From: Alkanindiges illinoisensis DSM 15370
GTDB taxonomy: Bacteria; Pseudomonadota; Gammaproteobacteria; Pseudomonadales; Moraxellaceae
Length of the DNA: 32,000 bases
Direction: 5' to 3'
Assembly (NCBI RefSeq): GCF_000619845.1
Contig: NZ_JHUX01000003.1
Location: 490,064-522,063, forward strand
A program made the translations under genes and the position numbers. The notes beneath the pieces were generated by a model, which saw nothing but the letters and a program-made list of their open reading frames with translations, was not told the DNA's origin and did no database searches. This document shows, piece after piece, positions 1-10,281 of this stretch. Numbering within the stretch: position 1 is the first letter of the stretch; each line of letters opens with the position of its first letter.

Positions 1-1304
1 TCCCCAGCCAGCAGTTTTTGCTTGGCCCATTGACGCAGCAGGCCATCCCACTGATCAGGACTGATTGCCGCATGCGTATTTGCCACAGCTTTGTCATTGC
101 TTGGACTGATCAATAGTTGATCGTGTTCTTGTTGATGTAATTGACGCAGCTCTGCAGGCAGGTCTTCCGGAAAAATTTCACGGCCAGTCACCATAACAGT
201 CAGCCAGCGGCAGGTGTTCTCCAACTGGCGCACATTGCCGGGCCATGGCAGTTGCTGCATGTAGGTAATGGTTTCCTTGCGCAGGATTTTTGGGTCTACC
301 GACAGTTCGCGGCCAGCACGGGCCAGAAAATGACCAGCCAGCATGGGAATGTCTTCACTGCGGTCGCGCAACTTGGGAATATGAATCCGAATCACATTTA
401 AGCGATGGTATAAGTCTTCGCGGAACTTGCCAGACGCCACCAATTTTTCCAGATCCTGATGGGTTGCCGCAATAATGCGTACATCAACCTTGACTGGCGT
501 ATGACCACCCACCCGATAAAATTCGCCATCTGCCAAGACACGCAGCAGGCGGGTCTGGGTTTCAAATGGCATGTCACCAATTTCATCCAGAAACAGTGTG
601 CCGCCATTGGATTGCTCAAACCGACCCTGACGCTGGGTATTTGCGCCGGTAAACGCCCCTTTTTCATGGCCAAATAATTCGGTTTCAATCAGGTCTTTGG
701 GAATGGCAGCCATGTTTAGGGCAATAAATGGCTTGGCGCTGCGTGGTGAATGACGATGCAACGCATGGGCAACCAGTTCCTTGCCCGTACCGGATTCACC
801 ATTAATTAGCACCGTAATATGCGATTGCGACAAACGGCCAATAGCCCGGAAAACTTCCTGCATGGCAGGCGATTCACCAATAATGTCAACCGTCTTTAGG
901 GGAGCAATACGTCCGGTATCCTGCTGTTGCAATTTGGCGGCATGCTGGATAGCACGGCTGACCAGTGTCAGGGCTTCATCAATATCAAAAGGCTTGGGCA
1001 GGTATTCAAATGCCCCGGTCTGGTAACTGGACACCGCAGATTCAAGGTCTGAATGTGCAGTCATGATAATCACAGGCAGATCAGGATGAGAGGCTTTTAC
1101 CCGGGATAAAAATGTCAGGCCATCGATGCCGGGCATGCGAATATCGGTCAGGATCACATCGGGCTGTTCTTTTTCCAGACGATCCAGCGCAGTCTGGCCT
1201 TCTTCAAAGCTGGTGACATTAAAGCCTTCTTCTTTAAAGGTCTTTTCAAGTACCCATCGCATGGCACGATCATCATCAATCACCCAAATGGCTTCATGCG
1301 ACAT
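1..1304 (-). CDS. glnG: Sigma-54-dependent response regulator NtrC (NR-I); the C-terminal end runs off the left edge of the window
   Basis: Absent from the ORF track because no stop codon lies inside the window. My own minus-strand translation from ATG 1304-1302 gives MSHEAIWVIDDDRAMRWVLEKTF...DIRMPGIDGL (receiver domain), GESGTGKE (Walker A) and GHEKGAFTGA (GAFTGA sigma-54 contact loop), and stays open to position 1. A GGAGA Shine-Dalgarno lies at 1313-1317 (minus), and the start is 15 nt after the ntrB stop. Confidence 0.9.
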   Translation of the reverse strand, partial: MSHEAIWVIDDDRAMRWVLEKTFKEEGFNVTSFEEGQTALDRLEKEQPDVILTDIRMPGIDGLTFLSRVKASHPDLPVIIMTAHSDLESAVSSYQTGAFEYLPKPFDIDEALTLVSRAIQHAAKLQQQDTGRIAPLKTVDIIGESPAMQEVFRAIGRLSQSHITVLINGESGTGKELVAHALHRHSPRSAKPFIALNMAAIPKDLIETELFGHEKGAFTGANTQRQGRFEQSNGGTLFLDEIGDMPFETQTRLLRVLADGEFYRVGGHTPVKVDVRIIAATHQDLEKLVASGKFREDLYHRLNVIRIHIPKLRDRSEDIPMLAGHFLARAGRELSVDPKILRKETITYMQQLPWPGNVRQLENTCRWLTVMVTGREIFPEDLPAELRQLHQQEHDQLLISPSNDKAVANTHAAISPDQWDGLLRQWAKQKLLAG

Positions 1305-1319
1305 GTTGACTATCTCCAA

Positions 1320-2435
1320 TTATTCCCAAGGCAAAAACAAACTAAAAATGGTACAGCCGGGTTCAGACTGGCACTCAATCATTCCACCATGCTGATGCAC
1401 AATATTCTGTGCAATACTCAAGCCAAGCCCGGTACCACTGGCACGGCCTGTCACCATCGGATAAAAAACCGATTCAACAATATCGGCCGGAATACCGGGG
1501 CCGTTGTCTTCCAGGTCAACGCGGATCACACTACGATGCAGCACCCCATTGATGTTAAACATACGCTGGATACGGGTACGCAGCACAATTTTAGGGTCCC
1601 GCTCGCTAAAAATTTCCGGATTTTCACTAATTGCCTGCACGGCATTCACACAGATATTTAGCATCACCTGAATCATCTGGTCGCGGTCAGCATTGACTTC
1701 CGGCAGGGAAAGATCATAGTCACGAATCACCTGCACGGTATTTTTAGTCTGGCTTAAAATCAGGCTACGTACCCGTTCCAGCGGCTCATGGATATTGACC
1801 TTTTGCAGGGAAGGCAAATGCCGTGAACCCAGCATGGTATCGGCCAGCGTACGCAGGCGATCCACTTCACTAATAATAATCTCGGTAAATTCGCTGACAC
1901 TGCCGTCGGGCAGGCTGCGTGCCAGTAACTGGGTTGCCCCGCGAATACCGCCCAAAGGATTCTTGATTTCATGCGCAACCCCACGCACCAGCTGGCGGGC
2001 AATCTGATGCTGCTGGGCCAGATGCTCATCGCGGTTAATACGTAGCAAACGGTCAATCGGTTGAATTTCAATCAATAAATGCTGGTGGGCAATCGCACCA
2101 ATCCGGTCATCAATAATCAGCGATACGGAATAATCCACGGCCTTGTCTTTGAGGCCAATCGTCAGGATGGCTTCACGGCGGGTATAGGGCTGACCGGTGT
2201 GCAGGGTGCGTAAAATGGCCGCTTTGGTGTCAAAGCTTTCATCCTGTTCGGTTAGAATCGACAACAGCGGCATGCCAATCGCGCGGGTACGGCTAATGTC
2301 CAGTAATGCTTCACAGGCAGAATTCAAATACTCAATTTCAAGATTGGGCGATACCTGCATAATGGCCGTTAGCATGTGATCAACCAGACTGCGATAATCA
2401 ACAGGTGGGCTAAGATGCATTACTGAATGGCTCAT
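1320..2435 (-). CDS. glnL: Nitrogen regulation sensor histidine kinase NtrB (NR-II)
   Basis: 371-aa ORF with an N-terminal PAS-like segment, H-box HEIKNPLGGIRGATQLL, and N/G boxes (DNGPGIP, GTGLGLSIAQ). It lies directly upstream of ntrC on the same strand. Confidence 0.9.
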   Translation of the reverse strand: MSHSVMHLSPPVDYRSLVDHMLTAIMQVSPNLEIEYLNSACEALLDISRTRAIGMPLLSILTEQDESFDTKAAILRTLHTGQPYTRREAILTIGLKDKAVDYSVSLIIDDRIGAIAHQHLLIEIQPIDRLLRINRDEHLAQQHQIARQLVRGVAHEIKNPLGGIRGATQLLARSLPDGSVSEFTEIIISEVDRLRTLADTMLGSRHLPSLQKVNIHEPLERVRSLILSQTKNTVQVIRDYDLSLPEVNADRDQMIQVMLNICVNAVQAISENPEIFSERDPKIVLRTRIQRMFNINGVLHRSVIRVDLEDNGPGIPADIVESVFYPMVTGRASGTGLGLSIAQNIVHQHGGMIECQSEPGCTIFSLFLPWE

Positions 2436-2755
2436 GAATCAATTAAACCGTAATAGAGAGTTAGGCTGTCGCTAAATAAGCTGTTAATCGTTAATCTTGG
2501 CTAAAAACCTGGGTTAGTACAGAAATTTATGTAATTTAAAAAAGCGCAATGCAGTCCTAAAAAAGCTAGACGCCAGGCTTTTTACAATCGCATTATTCAT
2601 TTAGCAATTAGCACGCCAACAGTGGATTTAAGCCTTAAAAAAATTATGCAGCAGTCTTAAAAACCATTTTTACTGTTTTAAGGACAATAAAAGGCACATG
2701 GTACAGGCAGTTTTTGGCATAAGTGCCCTATTGTGAAACAGCCCTTAACTTACAT

Positions 2756-2772
2756 TGCACCAAATTAATGCA
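2756..2772. promoter_or_regulatory. Candidate NtrC-type binding site TGCACCAAATTAATGCA
   Basis: The left half matches the enteric NtrC consensus TGCACCA-N3-TGGTGCA at 7/7 positions and the right half at 5/7. It sits in the ntrB/rimO divergent region, which would fit autoregulation. This is a consensus match by eye only. Confidence 0.3.
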
Positions 2773-2983
2773 TTAATAAGAATTTGTCTTGTAATTTAAA
2801 ATTAACGCCCTAAATCAGAGCATTGTCCATAGGCTTTAATTGAACGATGCTTAGGATGTATTGGAATTCCAGTGTGCAATTGATGCGCACGATGCAAGAA
2901 AACCCGCTTGGTAAGGTCTGGTTATACTATTAAAGCAACGCCAAAGTGCTTACAATATGCACTAATCTGTTGGAGCTGTATGC

Positions 2984-4318
2984 ATGAAATCCCCTAAAGT
3001 CGGTTTTGTATCCCTGGGCTGTCCTAAAGCACTGGTTGATTCGGAGCGAATCCTTACCCAGTTACGTACGGAAGGGTATGACGTTGCAGCTTCATTTGAA
3101 GGCGCAGATTTAGTGGTAGTCAATACCTGTGGCTTTATTGAATCCGCCGTACAGGAGTCACTGGATGCCATTGGCGAAGCCATCAGTGAAAATGGCAAGG
3201 TGATTGTGACAGGCTGTCTGGGCAAGGATGAAGCAAAAATCCGCGCCATGCATCCCAGCGTTTTAAAAGTAACTGGCGCTGCTGCTTATCAAGACGTCAT
3301 GAGTGCCGTGCATGAATATGTGCCGCCACCGCCAGCGCATAATCCTTTTGTTGATCTGGTGCCGCCACAAGGAATTCGCCTGACGCCCAAGCATTATGCT
3401 TATTTAAAAATTTCCGAAGGCTGTAACCACCGCTGTACTTTTTGCATTATTCCACAAATGCGTGGTGATCTGGTGTCGCGTCCAATTGGCAGCATCATGG
3501 ATGAAGCACAGGCACTGGTGAATGCAGGCGTGAAAGAAATTCTGGTGATTTCTCAAGATACCTCGGCCTATGGTGTAGACACCAAATACAAGCTGGATTT
3601 CTGGAACGGCCAGCCGCTTAAAACCAAATTTTATGACCTGTGTGCTGCGCTAGGACAACTAGGCGTTTGGGTGCGCCTGCATTACGTTTATCCTTATCCG
3701 CATGTGGATGCAGTGCTGGAACTGATGCGTGATGGCAAAATCCTGCCGTATCTGGATATTCCATTCCAGCATGCCAGTCCGCGTATTTTAAAACTGATGA
3801 AACGCCCGGCGCACAGTGAAAATACCCTAGAAAAAATCAAGCTGTGGCGTTCCATTTGTCCTGATCTCGCCATTCGTTCTACTTTTGTAGTGGGTTTCCC
3901 CGGTGAAACCGAAGAAGATTTTCAGTATCTGCTGGACTGGTTACGCGAGGCCAAACTGGATCGCGTGGGCTGTTTTACCTATTCACCAATTGAAGGCGCG
4001 CCAGCCAATGATTTGCCTGATCTGGTGCCCGAAGAGGTCAAACAAGATCGCTACGAACGCTTTATGCTGGTGGCACAGGAAATCTCTGCACAAATTCTGA
4101 AAGACAAGATTGGCAAGCGCATGACCGTGCTGGTTGACGAGCTTGACCCGGAATATCCGGTTGCTGTCGCGCGCTCTTATGCCGATGCCCCTGAAATTGA
4201 TGGCAACGTGTTTGTTGAAGATATCGACAAAAGCCAGATTCAGCCGGGCCAAATGCTGTATGTTGAAATTACTGATGCTGATGAATATGACCTGTTTGCC
4301 AAGCTAATTTCGGTGTAA
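2984..4318 (+). CDS. rimO: Ribosomal protein S12 methylthiotransferase RimO (radical SAM, MiaB family)
   Basis: 444-aa ORF with the N-terminal UPF0004 cysteine pattern (GCPKA...NTCGF), the radical-SAM motif CNHRCTFC and a C-terminal TRAM-like region. GGAG lies 7 nt upstream of the ATG. Confidence 0.9.
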   Translation: MKSPKVGFVSLGCPKALVDSERILTQLRTEGYDVAASFEGADLVVVNTCGFIESAVQESLDAIGEAISENGKVIVTGCLGKDEAKIRAMHPSVLKVTGAAAYQDVMSAVHEYVPPPPAHNPFVDLVPPQGIRLTPKHYAYLKISEGCNHRCTFCIIPQMRGDLVSRPIGSIMDEAQALVNAGVKEILVISQDTSAYGVDTKYKLDFWNGQPLKTKFYDLCAALGQLGVWVRLHYVYPYPHVDAVLELMRDGKILPYLDIPFQHASPRILKLMKRPAHSENTLEKIKLWRSICPDLAIRSTFVVGFPGETEEDFQYLLDWLREAKLDRVGCFTYSPIEGAPANDLPDLVPEEVKQDRYERFMLVAQEISAQILKDKIGKRMTVLVDELDPEYPVAVARSYADAPEIDGNVFVEDIDKSQIQPGQMLYVEITDADEYDLFAKLISV

Positions 4319-4633
4319 CACTTATTTGTCAGCGCTGCATTGTTTTAATGCCGGGCTGTTAAAAGTTCAGCTTTTATCAGCCTGTATTTGATAAATTTTA
4401 TAGTGATTCTGGCTTAAGGTGAGTTTGGTGGATTGGCGCATGCCACAGCATTTGTTACCATGCGCGCCGATCAGCTATTGTCTGGAATGGTCATCAGGAT
4501 ACAACGGTGAGCTTGTATGCACACTTGATGACTAGGATTTGATCTGACAGTTTACACCAGCGTTATGCTGCTGTTTTTGATATAAAGTTATCTGTTTTAA
4601 AGTTTTATAATTGAATTGCTTGGGAGCAACACT

Positions 4634-5359
4634 ATGGCTGAGAATAGCCCGCGTTTTTCACGCATACTGCTTAAACTGTCAGGAGAAGCGCTTTCAGGCA
4701 ATAAAGATATGGGCATTGATGCATCCATTCTGGATCAAATGTCGCTGTCTATCGCACATCTGGTGGGTCTTGGCGTGCAGGTTGGCATTGTAGTAGGTGG
4801 TGGTAACTTGTACCGGGGCAGCCAGCTACAACAGGAAGGACTGGTAGGCCGTGTTACTGGCGACCAGATGGGCATGTTGGCTACGGTTATGAATGGTTTG
4901 GCGCTACGTGATGCGCTGGAACGTCGCAATATTAAAACCCGTTTGATGTCTGCCATTTCTATTAACGGTGTGGTCGAAACCTATAGCAGCCGGGATGCAA
5001 TCCGTCATCTGAAAAATGGTGAAGTATGCGTATTTGTAGCGGGTACGGGCAATCCATTTTTTACCACGGATACCGCAGCATGCCTGCGTGGTATTGAAAT
5101 TGAAGCAACCCTGATTCTAAAAGCCACCAAAGTTGATGGTGTGTACGACAAAGACCCAAGCAAGCATGACGATGCAATCAAGTATGATTACCTGAGCTTT
5201 GATGAAGTACTGGATCGTAAGCTCGGTGTTATGGATTTAACAGCGATTTGCCTGTGCCGTGACCATAGTGTGCCATTGCAGGTTTTTAACATGAACAAAC
5301 CGGGTGCACTGCTTTCTGTTGTGATGGGTGCGCCTGAAGGAACTCACGTGACCCGCTAG
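4634..5359 (+). CDS. pyrH: Uridylate (UMP) kinase
   Basis: The ORF track starts at TTG 4616. I prefer ATG 4634 ([20 protein letters not shown]...), which is preceded by GGGAG at 4622-4626. The sequence shows the typical PyrH amino-acid-kinase fold ([23 protein letters not shown]). Confidence 0.92.
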   Translation: MAENSPRFSRILLKLSGEALSGNKDMGIDASILDQMSLSIAHLVGLGVQVGIVVGGGNLYRGSQLQQEGLVGRVTGDQMGMLATVMNGLALRDALERRNIKTRLMSAISINGVVETYSSRDAIRHLKNGEVCVFVAGTGNPFFTTDTAACLRGIEIEATLILKATKVDGVYDKDPSKHDDAIKYDYLSFDEVLDRKLGVMDLTAICLCRDHSVPLQVFNMNKPGALLSVVMGAPEGTHVTR

Positions 5360-5434
5360 ATGGCAGGCCGGTATGCTTAAAGGCCGACATTGCTAAAATA
5401 TATTGATTCTGGAATAAAATGAGGAAGATTGGTC

Positions 5435-5989
5435 ATGATTAATGATTTGAAAAAAGACGGCGAGAGCCGCATGAAAAAAAGTATTGAGGCGCTGGAAGCA
5501 GGCTTTGCCAAAGTTCGTACAGGCCGTGCCCATCCTTCCATGCTCAATGGCATCATGGTGTCTTATTACGGTAGCGATGTGCCGCTCAATCAGGTGGCCA
5601 ACATTGGTGTCGACGATGCACGTACATTGGTGGTACAGCCGTTTGAACGTAGCATGACCAGCACCATTGATAAGGCAATTCGTGAAAGCGATCTGGGTCT
5701 AAACCCAATCACTGCGGACATCATCCGCGTGCCGTTACCAGCGCTTACTGAAGAAACCCGTCGCAACATGCAAAAGCTGGCGCGTGGTGAAGCAGAAAAT
5801 GCCAAAGTGGCTATCCGTAACATTCGCCGTGATATTCTGGGTGATATTAAGGATTTGCTTAAAGAAAAAGAAATTTCCGAAGATGAAGAGCGTCGTGCCG
5901 GTGATGAAATTCAAAAGCTGACCGACAAGTATGTGGCTGATGTTGACAAGATGCTGGCTGCCAAAGAAGCCGAGTTGATCCAGGTTTAA
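5435..5989 (+). CDS. frr: Ribosome recycling factor
   Basis: [46 protein letters not shown]... is a classic RRF. ATG 5435 is preferred over the upstream TTG 5429 because GAGGA lies about 9 nt upstream. Confidence 0.92.
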   Translation: MINDLKKDGESRMKKSIEALEAGFAKVRTGRAHPSMLNGIMVSYYGSDVPLNQVANIGVDDARTLVVQPFERSMTSTIDKAIRESDLGLNPITADIIRVPLPALTEETRRNMQKLARGEAENAKVAIRNIRRDILGDIKDLLKEKEISEDEERRAGDEIQKLTDKYVADVDKMLAAKEAELIQV

Positions 5990-6004
5990 TACAGCAGGCA
6001 CCTT

Positions 6005-6850
6005 ATGTCCAGTAATTCCATTTCCAGTAATCCGGTTGCTGCTGAGCCTGTCTCCAGTGAACAGCAGGGCGCTGATCAGACTTCCATGAACTTGCCACGT
6101 CATGTGGCGATTATTATGGATGGCAACAACCGTTATGGAAAGCGTGAAGCCTTGCCAGAAGGTGGGGGGCATCGAGCGGGCAAGGTACAGCTTGATCCTG
6201 TGGTCGAGCAAGCCCGTCGTCTGGGTGTTCAGGTGCTCACTGTATTTGCCTTTTCCAGCGAAAACTGGCAGCGTCCCCACAAGGAAGTTGCCCTGCTGAT
6301 GGAGCTGTTTGCCCAGACCATCCGTGAGCAGGTTCCCCGCATGAAAAAGCACGATATTGCCTTGCGCTTTATTGGCAACCGTGCCCAGTTATCTGATGAA
6401 CTACAGCAGCTCATGCTTGAGGCTGAGAGTGCCACTGCGCATCATCGTTCAATGACGCTGGTGATTGCCGTAAGCTATGGCGGCATGTGGGATATTGCTC
6501 AGGCTGCCCGGCAACTGGCGCTTCAGGTAGAGCGTGGCCTGTTAAATGTCGATCAGATTAACGAACAGGCCCTGCAGCAGTATATTTCGCTGTCAGACTT
6601 GCCAGTAGTCGATTTGATGATCCGTACTGGTGGTGACTACCGCCTGTCCAATTTCCTGCTTTGGCAAGCTGCCTATGCAGAGCTGTATTTTACTGAAACC
6701 TTATGGCCTGATTTTTCAGTAGAAGAATTTAATAAGGCGCTTAAGGTTTTTGCCCAGCGTGAACGCCGTTTTGGTCGTACAAGCGAGCAGGTTAAGCAGC
6801 AACTCGATAATAACCATCCTGCAACAGCAACGAGCTTTGATAATGATTGA
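6005..6850 (+). CDS. uppS: Ditrans,polycis-undecaprenyl-diphosphate synthase
   Basis: Contains HVAIIMDGNNRYGK, the RTGGDYRLSNFLLWQAAYAELYF motif and ERRFG. There is an N-terminal Ser/Gln-rich extension of about 27 aa, so the alternative start at M28 (6086) cannot be excluded. Confidence 0.88.
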   Translation: MSSNSISSNPVAAEPVSSEQQGADQTSMNLPRHVAIIMDGNNRYGKREALPEGGGHRAGKVQLDPVVEQARRLGVQVLTVFAFSSENWQRPHKEVALLMELFAQTIREQVPRMKKHDIALRFIGNRAQLSDELQQLMLEAESATAHHRSMTLVIAVSYGGMWDIAQAARQLALQVERGLLNVDQINEQALQQYISLSDLPVVDLMIRTGGDYRLSNFLLWQAAYAELYFTETLWPDFSVEEFNKALKVFAQRERRFGRTSEQVKQQLDNNHPATATSFDND

Positions 6851-7646
6851 GCGCATTCGCACAGCACTGATTTTAGTTGCTATTGTCCTGCTGTGTATGT
6901 TTGCCAGCACAAGTGTACTGCCCATGATGGGTTTGATGTTGCTCATGGTTGCAATTGCCGGTTATGAGTGGGCACGTTTAATTCCCAATCAGCAATACAC
7001 CTTATATGCAGCTATTGTTACTGTACTTTCTGCGGGTACTTTGTTTTTACCACAAAGCTGGCCTTATCTATGGGCAATTGCTTTACTGACCTGGCTCATA
7101 AGTCTGTCATGGGTCAAGCAATATCCTGAGAAAACAGGCTGGTACAATAAAAACCTGAATGTCCTCGGTGTAGTACTACTGGTTGCAACGGTAATAGCCA
7201 TTTTTGCCTTATGGCAACAGTCACCGTGGTGGCTCATGTATGTGTTTGCACTGGTATGGTGTGCTGACAGCGGTGCCTATTTTGCTGGGCGTGCATTTGG
7301 CAAGCGTAAACTGGCACCCAATGTGAGTCCCAATAAATCAATAGAGGGATTGATTGGCGGATTAGCATTAACACTGGTAGTAATGCTGGCTGTAGGCTTT
7401 GGTCAACTGAAGCTTAATGCCACGGCATTGGCTATGTTTATTGCCTTGTCTATTGTCACCGTGCTTGCTTCTGTACAAGGCGACCTGTTTGAATCCATGG
7501 TCAAGCGCAAGGCTGGGATTAAGGATTCAGGTAAAATTTTGCCCGGCCACGGTGGCGTACTGGATCGTATAGATTCCTTAATGGCCGCAACCCCTGTGTT
7601 TGCATTAGGGTTATGGTTACAGCAGCAATTTTTAGGTGGTTTTTAA
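6843..7646 (+). CDS. cdsA: Phosphatidate cytidylyltransferase (CDP-diglyceride synthase)
   Basis: Polytopic membrane protein with the CdsA signature [44 protein letters not shown] chose ATG 6843 ([17 protein letters not shown]), which overlaps the uppS stop by 8 nt (ATGATTGA). The ORF-track start at 6750 lies inside uppS. Confidence 0.88.
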   Translation: MIERIRTALILVAIVLLCMFASTSVLPMMGLMLLMVAIAGYEWARLIPNQQYTLYAAIVTVLSAGTLFLPQSWPYLWAIALLTWLISLSWVKQYPEKTGWYNKNLNVLGVVLLVATVIAIFALWQQSPWWLMYVFALVWCADSGAYFAGRAFGKRKLAPNVSPNKSIEGLIGGLALTLVVMLAVGFGQLKLNATALAMFIALSIVTVLASVQGDLFESMVKRKAGIKDSGKILPGHGGVLDRIDSLMAATPVFALGLWLQQQFLGGF

Positions 7647-7647
7647 G

Positions 7648-8877
7648 ATGCCAGTGCAACAGGTAACGATTCTTGGCGCCACTGGTTCCATTGGAAAAAG
7701 TACCCTAAAGGTGCTGGCTCAGCATCCTGATCAGTATCAGGTTTATGCCTTGACAGGCTTTCAGCGTCTAGACGAACTGGCACAATTGGTTGAACAGCAT
7801 TCTCCAAAAGTGGTAGTCGTTCCAGAAGGTAAAATAGATACTTTTAGATCATTACTTGCATTGCATTGTAATGACAAACAAATACATACTATTGAAATTG
7901 TTGAGGGCGAAACAGGGCTGTGTCAGGTTGCCAGTGCAGCAGCAGTAAACGTTGTGATGGCAGCAATCGTTGGCAGCGCAGGATTAAAACCTACACTGGC
8001 CGCCATTGATGTAGGCAAACGTGTATTGCTCGCTAATAAGGAAGCATTGGTCATGGCGGGCGAGCTGTTTATGCAGCGCGTCAAGCAGGCTCAAGCCACC
8101 TTGCTGCCGGTAGATTCGGAGCATAATGCCATTTTTCAATGTCTGCCTACGGATTATTTCAGCAGTTCAGCGCGCTTTGCAAATCAGGGAAATCGGGCTG
8201 GCGTTTCACAGATTTTGCTGACAGCATCCGGCGGCCCGTTCAGGACATGGACATTGCAACAAATGCACCAGGCTACGCCAGCACAAGCCTGCAAACATCC
8301 CAACTGGTCGATGGGGCAGAAAATTTCAGTTGATTCAGCCACCCTGATGAACAAAGGACTTGAACTAATTGAAGCCTGTCATTTGTTTGAGTTGCCCGTT
8401 GAGCGGGTTACAGTAGTCATTCATCCAGAAAGTATTGTTCATTCACTGGTGCAGTACATTGATGGTTCTACCCTGGCACAGCTTGGCAATCCGGATATGT
8501 GTACGCCGATTGCACATGCGCTTGCATGGCCACAGCGGATTGCAACCACCGTTCCGCCATTAGACTTATTTTCTGCCAATTGCCTGAACTTTGAGCAGCC
8601 GGATGAAGACAGATTTCCTGCCTTGGCATTGGCAAAATCTGCTATGAAAACTGGTGGTTGTGCACCCGCTGTGTTGAATGCAGCCAACGAAGTTGCTGTT
8701 GCAGCATTTCTGGCCAATAAAATTGCGTTTACACAGATTACACAACTCATACACGCAGTAATAACACAAATCAATGTGCTTCCTGCACACGACCTTGACA
8801 CAATCCTTGTGCAAGACCTTGAGGCGCGCGAGCTTGCAGGGCAATGGATAATGGCGAATGCCAACAGGACTACATGA
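7648..8877 (+). CDS. dxr: 1-deoxy-D-xylulose-5-phosphate reductoisomerase
   Basis: [20 protein letters not shown] (NADPH-binding GxTGSIG), [13 protein letters not shown] and NKGLELIEA motifs. ATG 7648 lies 2 nt after the cdsA stop. Confidence 0.92.
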   Translation: MPVQQVTILGATGSIGKSTLKVLAQHPDQYQVYALTGFQRLDELAQLVEQHSPKVVVVPEGKIDTFRSLLALHCNDKQIHTIEIVEGETGLCQVASAAAVNVVMAAIVGSAGLKPTLAAIDVGKRVLLANKEALVMAGELFMQRVKQAQATLLPVDSEHNAIFQCLPTDYFSSSARFANQGNRAGVSQILLTASGGPFRTWTLQQMHQATPAQACKHPNWSMGQKISVDSATLMNKGLELIEACHLFELPVERVTVVIHPESIVHSLVQYIDGSTLAQLGNPDMCTPIAHALAWPQRIATTVPPLDLFSANCLNFEQPDEDRFPALALAKSAMKTGGCAPAVLNAANEVAVAAFLANKIAFTQITQLIHAVITQINVLPAHDLDTILVQDLEARELAGQWIMANANRTT

Positions 8878-10229
8878 ATATCGTATTTATTATTCTTGCA
8901 GCAATTGTTTTACTGGGGCCTTTGATTGCAATTCATGAGTTCGGCCATTTCTGGGTTGCCAGACGAATGGGAGTCAAGGTATTAGTTTATTCCATTGGAT
9001 TTGGCCCCACACTATTGAAATGGCATGGCAAGGACGGAGTATGCTATCAGCTTGCTGCTATTCCGCTGGGTGGCTATGTACGCATGGCAGATGAGCGTGA
9101 AGGTGAAGTTGCCGCTGAAGATATTCCCTATGCCTTTAATCGCCAGTCAGCCTGGAGCCGTATTGCCATTGTGGCTGCTGGTCCGCTGATTAACCTGCTA
9201 TTTGCCATTGTGCTGTACTGGATATTGTTTCTGCCTGCCAGTGAGCAACTAAGTACCCGTATTGGTCAAATCCAGCCCCATTCTCCTGCGGCTCAGGCAG
9301 GGCTGCAGGTCGGTGATAAAATTACCGCAGTGGATGGCACCCAGACCTTAACCTGGGAAAACCTGAACTATGCGCTGGTAGAGCGCATGGGTGAAACTGG
9401 CACCATTCAGATCACTGCGGAACGTCATCAGCAGCTTCAAACCTACAACCTGCCAATCCAGAATTTTATGCGCACCAGTGGGCAAAACCCACTCGAACAA
9501 TTGGGTTTTTTACCTTACCAACCTGATATCAAGCCTGTTATTGGTGAGGTAACTCCTCATGAAGCTGCTGCAAATCAGGGACTGAAAGCTGGCGATCAGA
9601 TTGTGCAGATTAATAAGCAACCAGTGCGTCAATGGCTCCAGGTGACCCAGATTGTACGTAGCCATCCTGAGCAGGTACTGGTATTTGATATCGTGCGTGA
9701 TGGCAAACCTTTGCAGTTAAAAGTAATGCCTAAGGGTAAAAAGGATGCGGTAGGCACTGAATATGGATTTTTGGGAGCTAGCGCTAAAGTTGAAAATTAT
9801 AAAATTCCAACAGAATATACCCAAACAGTTCAGTACAGTCCGCTCACCGCGCTGGGTATGGCTGCTAACCAAACATGGCAATTGTCGGTAATTACAGTTC
9901 AGGCCATGGGTAAAATGTTTACTGGAAAAATTGGTCTGGAAAACTTGTCCGGTCCAGTGACTATTGCCAATATGGCTGGCCAGAGTGCCGAAATGGGCTG
10001 GCAGCCGTTTATCAGGCTTATGGCCTTAATGAGTGTTAGTCTGGGAATTTTAAACTTATTACCTATCCCGGTACTTGATGGTGGACACATAGTCTATTAT
10101 TTTATTGAAGCACTGCGCGGTAAACCAGTGTCCGAGCAAATTCAAATGATTGGCTTGCGCATTGGTATTGTATTACTTGGGGCATTGATGATCCTTGCAC
10201 TATTTAATGATTTTGCACGCCTGATCTAA
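8874..10229 (+). CDS. rseP: Site-2 zinc metalloprotease RseP (sigma-E protease)
   Basis: [31 protein letters not shown] (HExxH), two PDZ-like segments and a C-terminal [13 protein letters not shown] motif. The ATG overlaps the dxr stop (ATGA). Confidence 0.9.
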   Translation: MNIVFIILAAIVLLGPLIAIHEFGHFWVARRMGVKVLVYSIGFGPTLLKWHGKDGVCYQLAAIPLGGYVRMADEREGEVAAEDIPYAFNRQSAWSRIAIVAAGPLINLLFAIVLYWILFLPASEQLSTRIGQIQPHSPAAQAGLQVGDKITAVDGTQTLTWENLNYALVERMGETGTIQITAERHQQLQTYNLPIQNFMRTSGQNPLEQLGFLPYQPDIKPVIGEVTPHEAAANQGLKAGDQIVQINKQPVRQWLQVTQIVRSHPEQVLVFDIVRDGKPLQLKVMPKGKKDAVGTEYGFLGASAKVENYKIPTEYTQTVQYSPLTALGMAANQTWQLSVITVQAMGKMFTGKIGLENLSGPVTIANMAGQSAEMGWQPFIRLMALMSVSLGILNLLPIPVLDGGHIVYYFIEALRGKPVSEQIQMIGLRIGIVLLGALMILALFNDFARLI

Positions 10230-10281
10230 CAGCTGTGTAACAATGATTTTTAATTAATTTTTACTTTTGGAATCCTTAGGC

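Noticed and set aside
2555-2590. AAAAAGC-tagacgccag-GCTTTTT hairpin, suggestive of a terminator or sRNA end inside the divergent region.
   Set aside because: The stem is 7 bp with only two G-C pairs, too weak to call, and there is no upstream promoter or ORF to terminate.
2436-2983. A search for a sigma-54 promoter (TGGCAC-N5-TTGCA) on either strand of the ntrB/rimO intergenic region, for example around TGGCATAAGTGCCC at about 2715.
   Set aside because: No candidate has GG and GC at the required 12-nt register. TGGCAT is followed by the wrong spacing.
4435-4468. GC-rich inverted repeat GCGCATG-N16-CATGCGC in the 315-bp rimO/pyrH spacer. It could be a REP-like element, or a terminator of rimO.
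   Set aside because: There is no U-tract, only a 7-bp stem with a 16-nt loop, and no second copy elsewhere in the window. This is insufficient to call a terminator or repeat family.
6750-6842. N-terminally extended ORF-track versions of cdsA (6750), pyrH (4616), frr (5429), dxr (7636), rseP (8844), bamA (10267), cpoB (17764), the MBL hydrolase (18915), the ACAD (27635) and rraA (29011).
   Set aside because: The extensions overlap the preceding gene or begin with TTG or GTG and lack a Shine-Dalgarno. Internal ATGs give N-termini that match known homologues or proper signal peptides.
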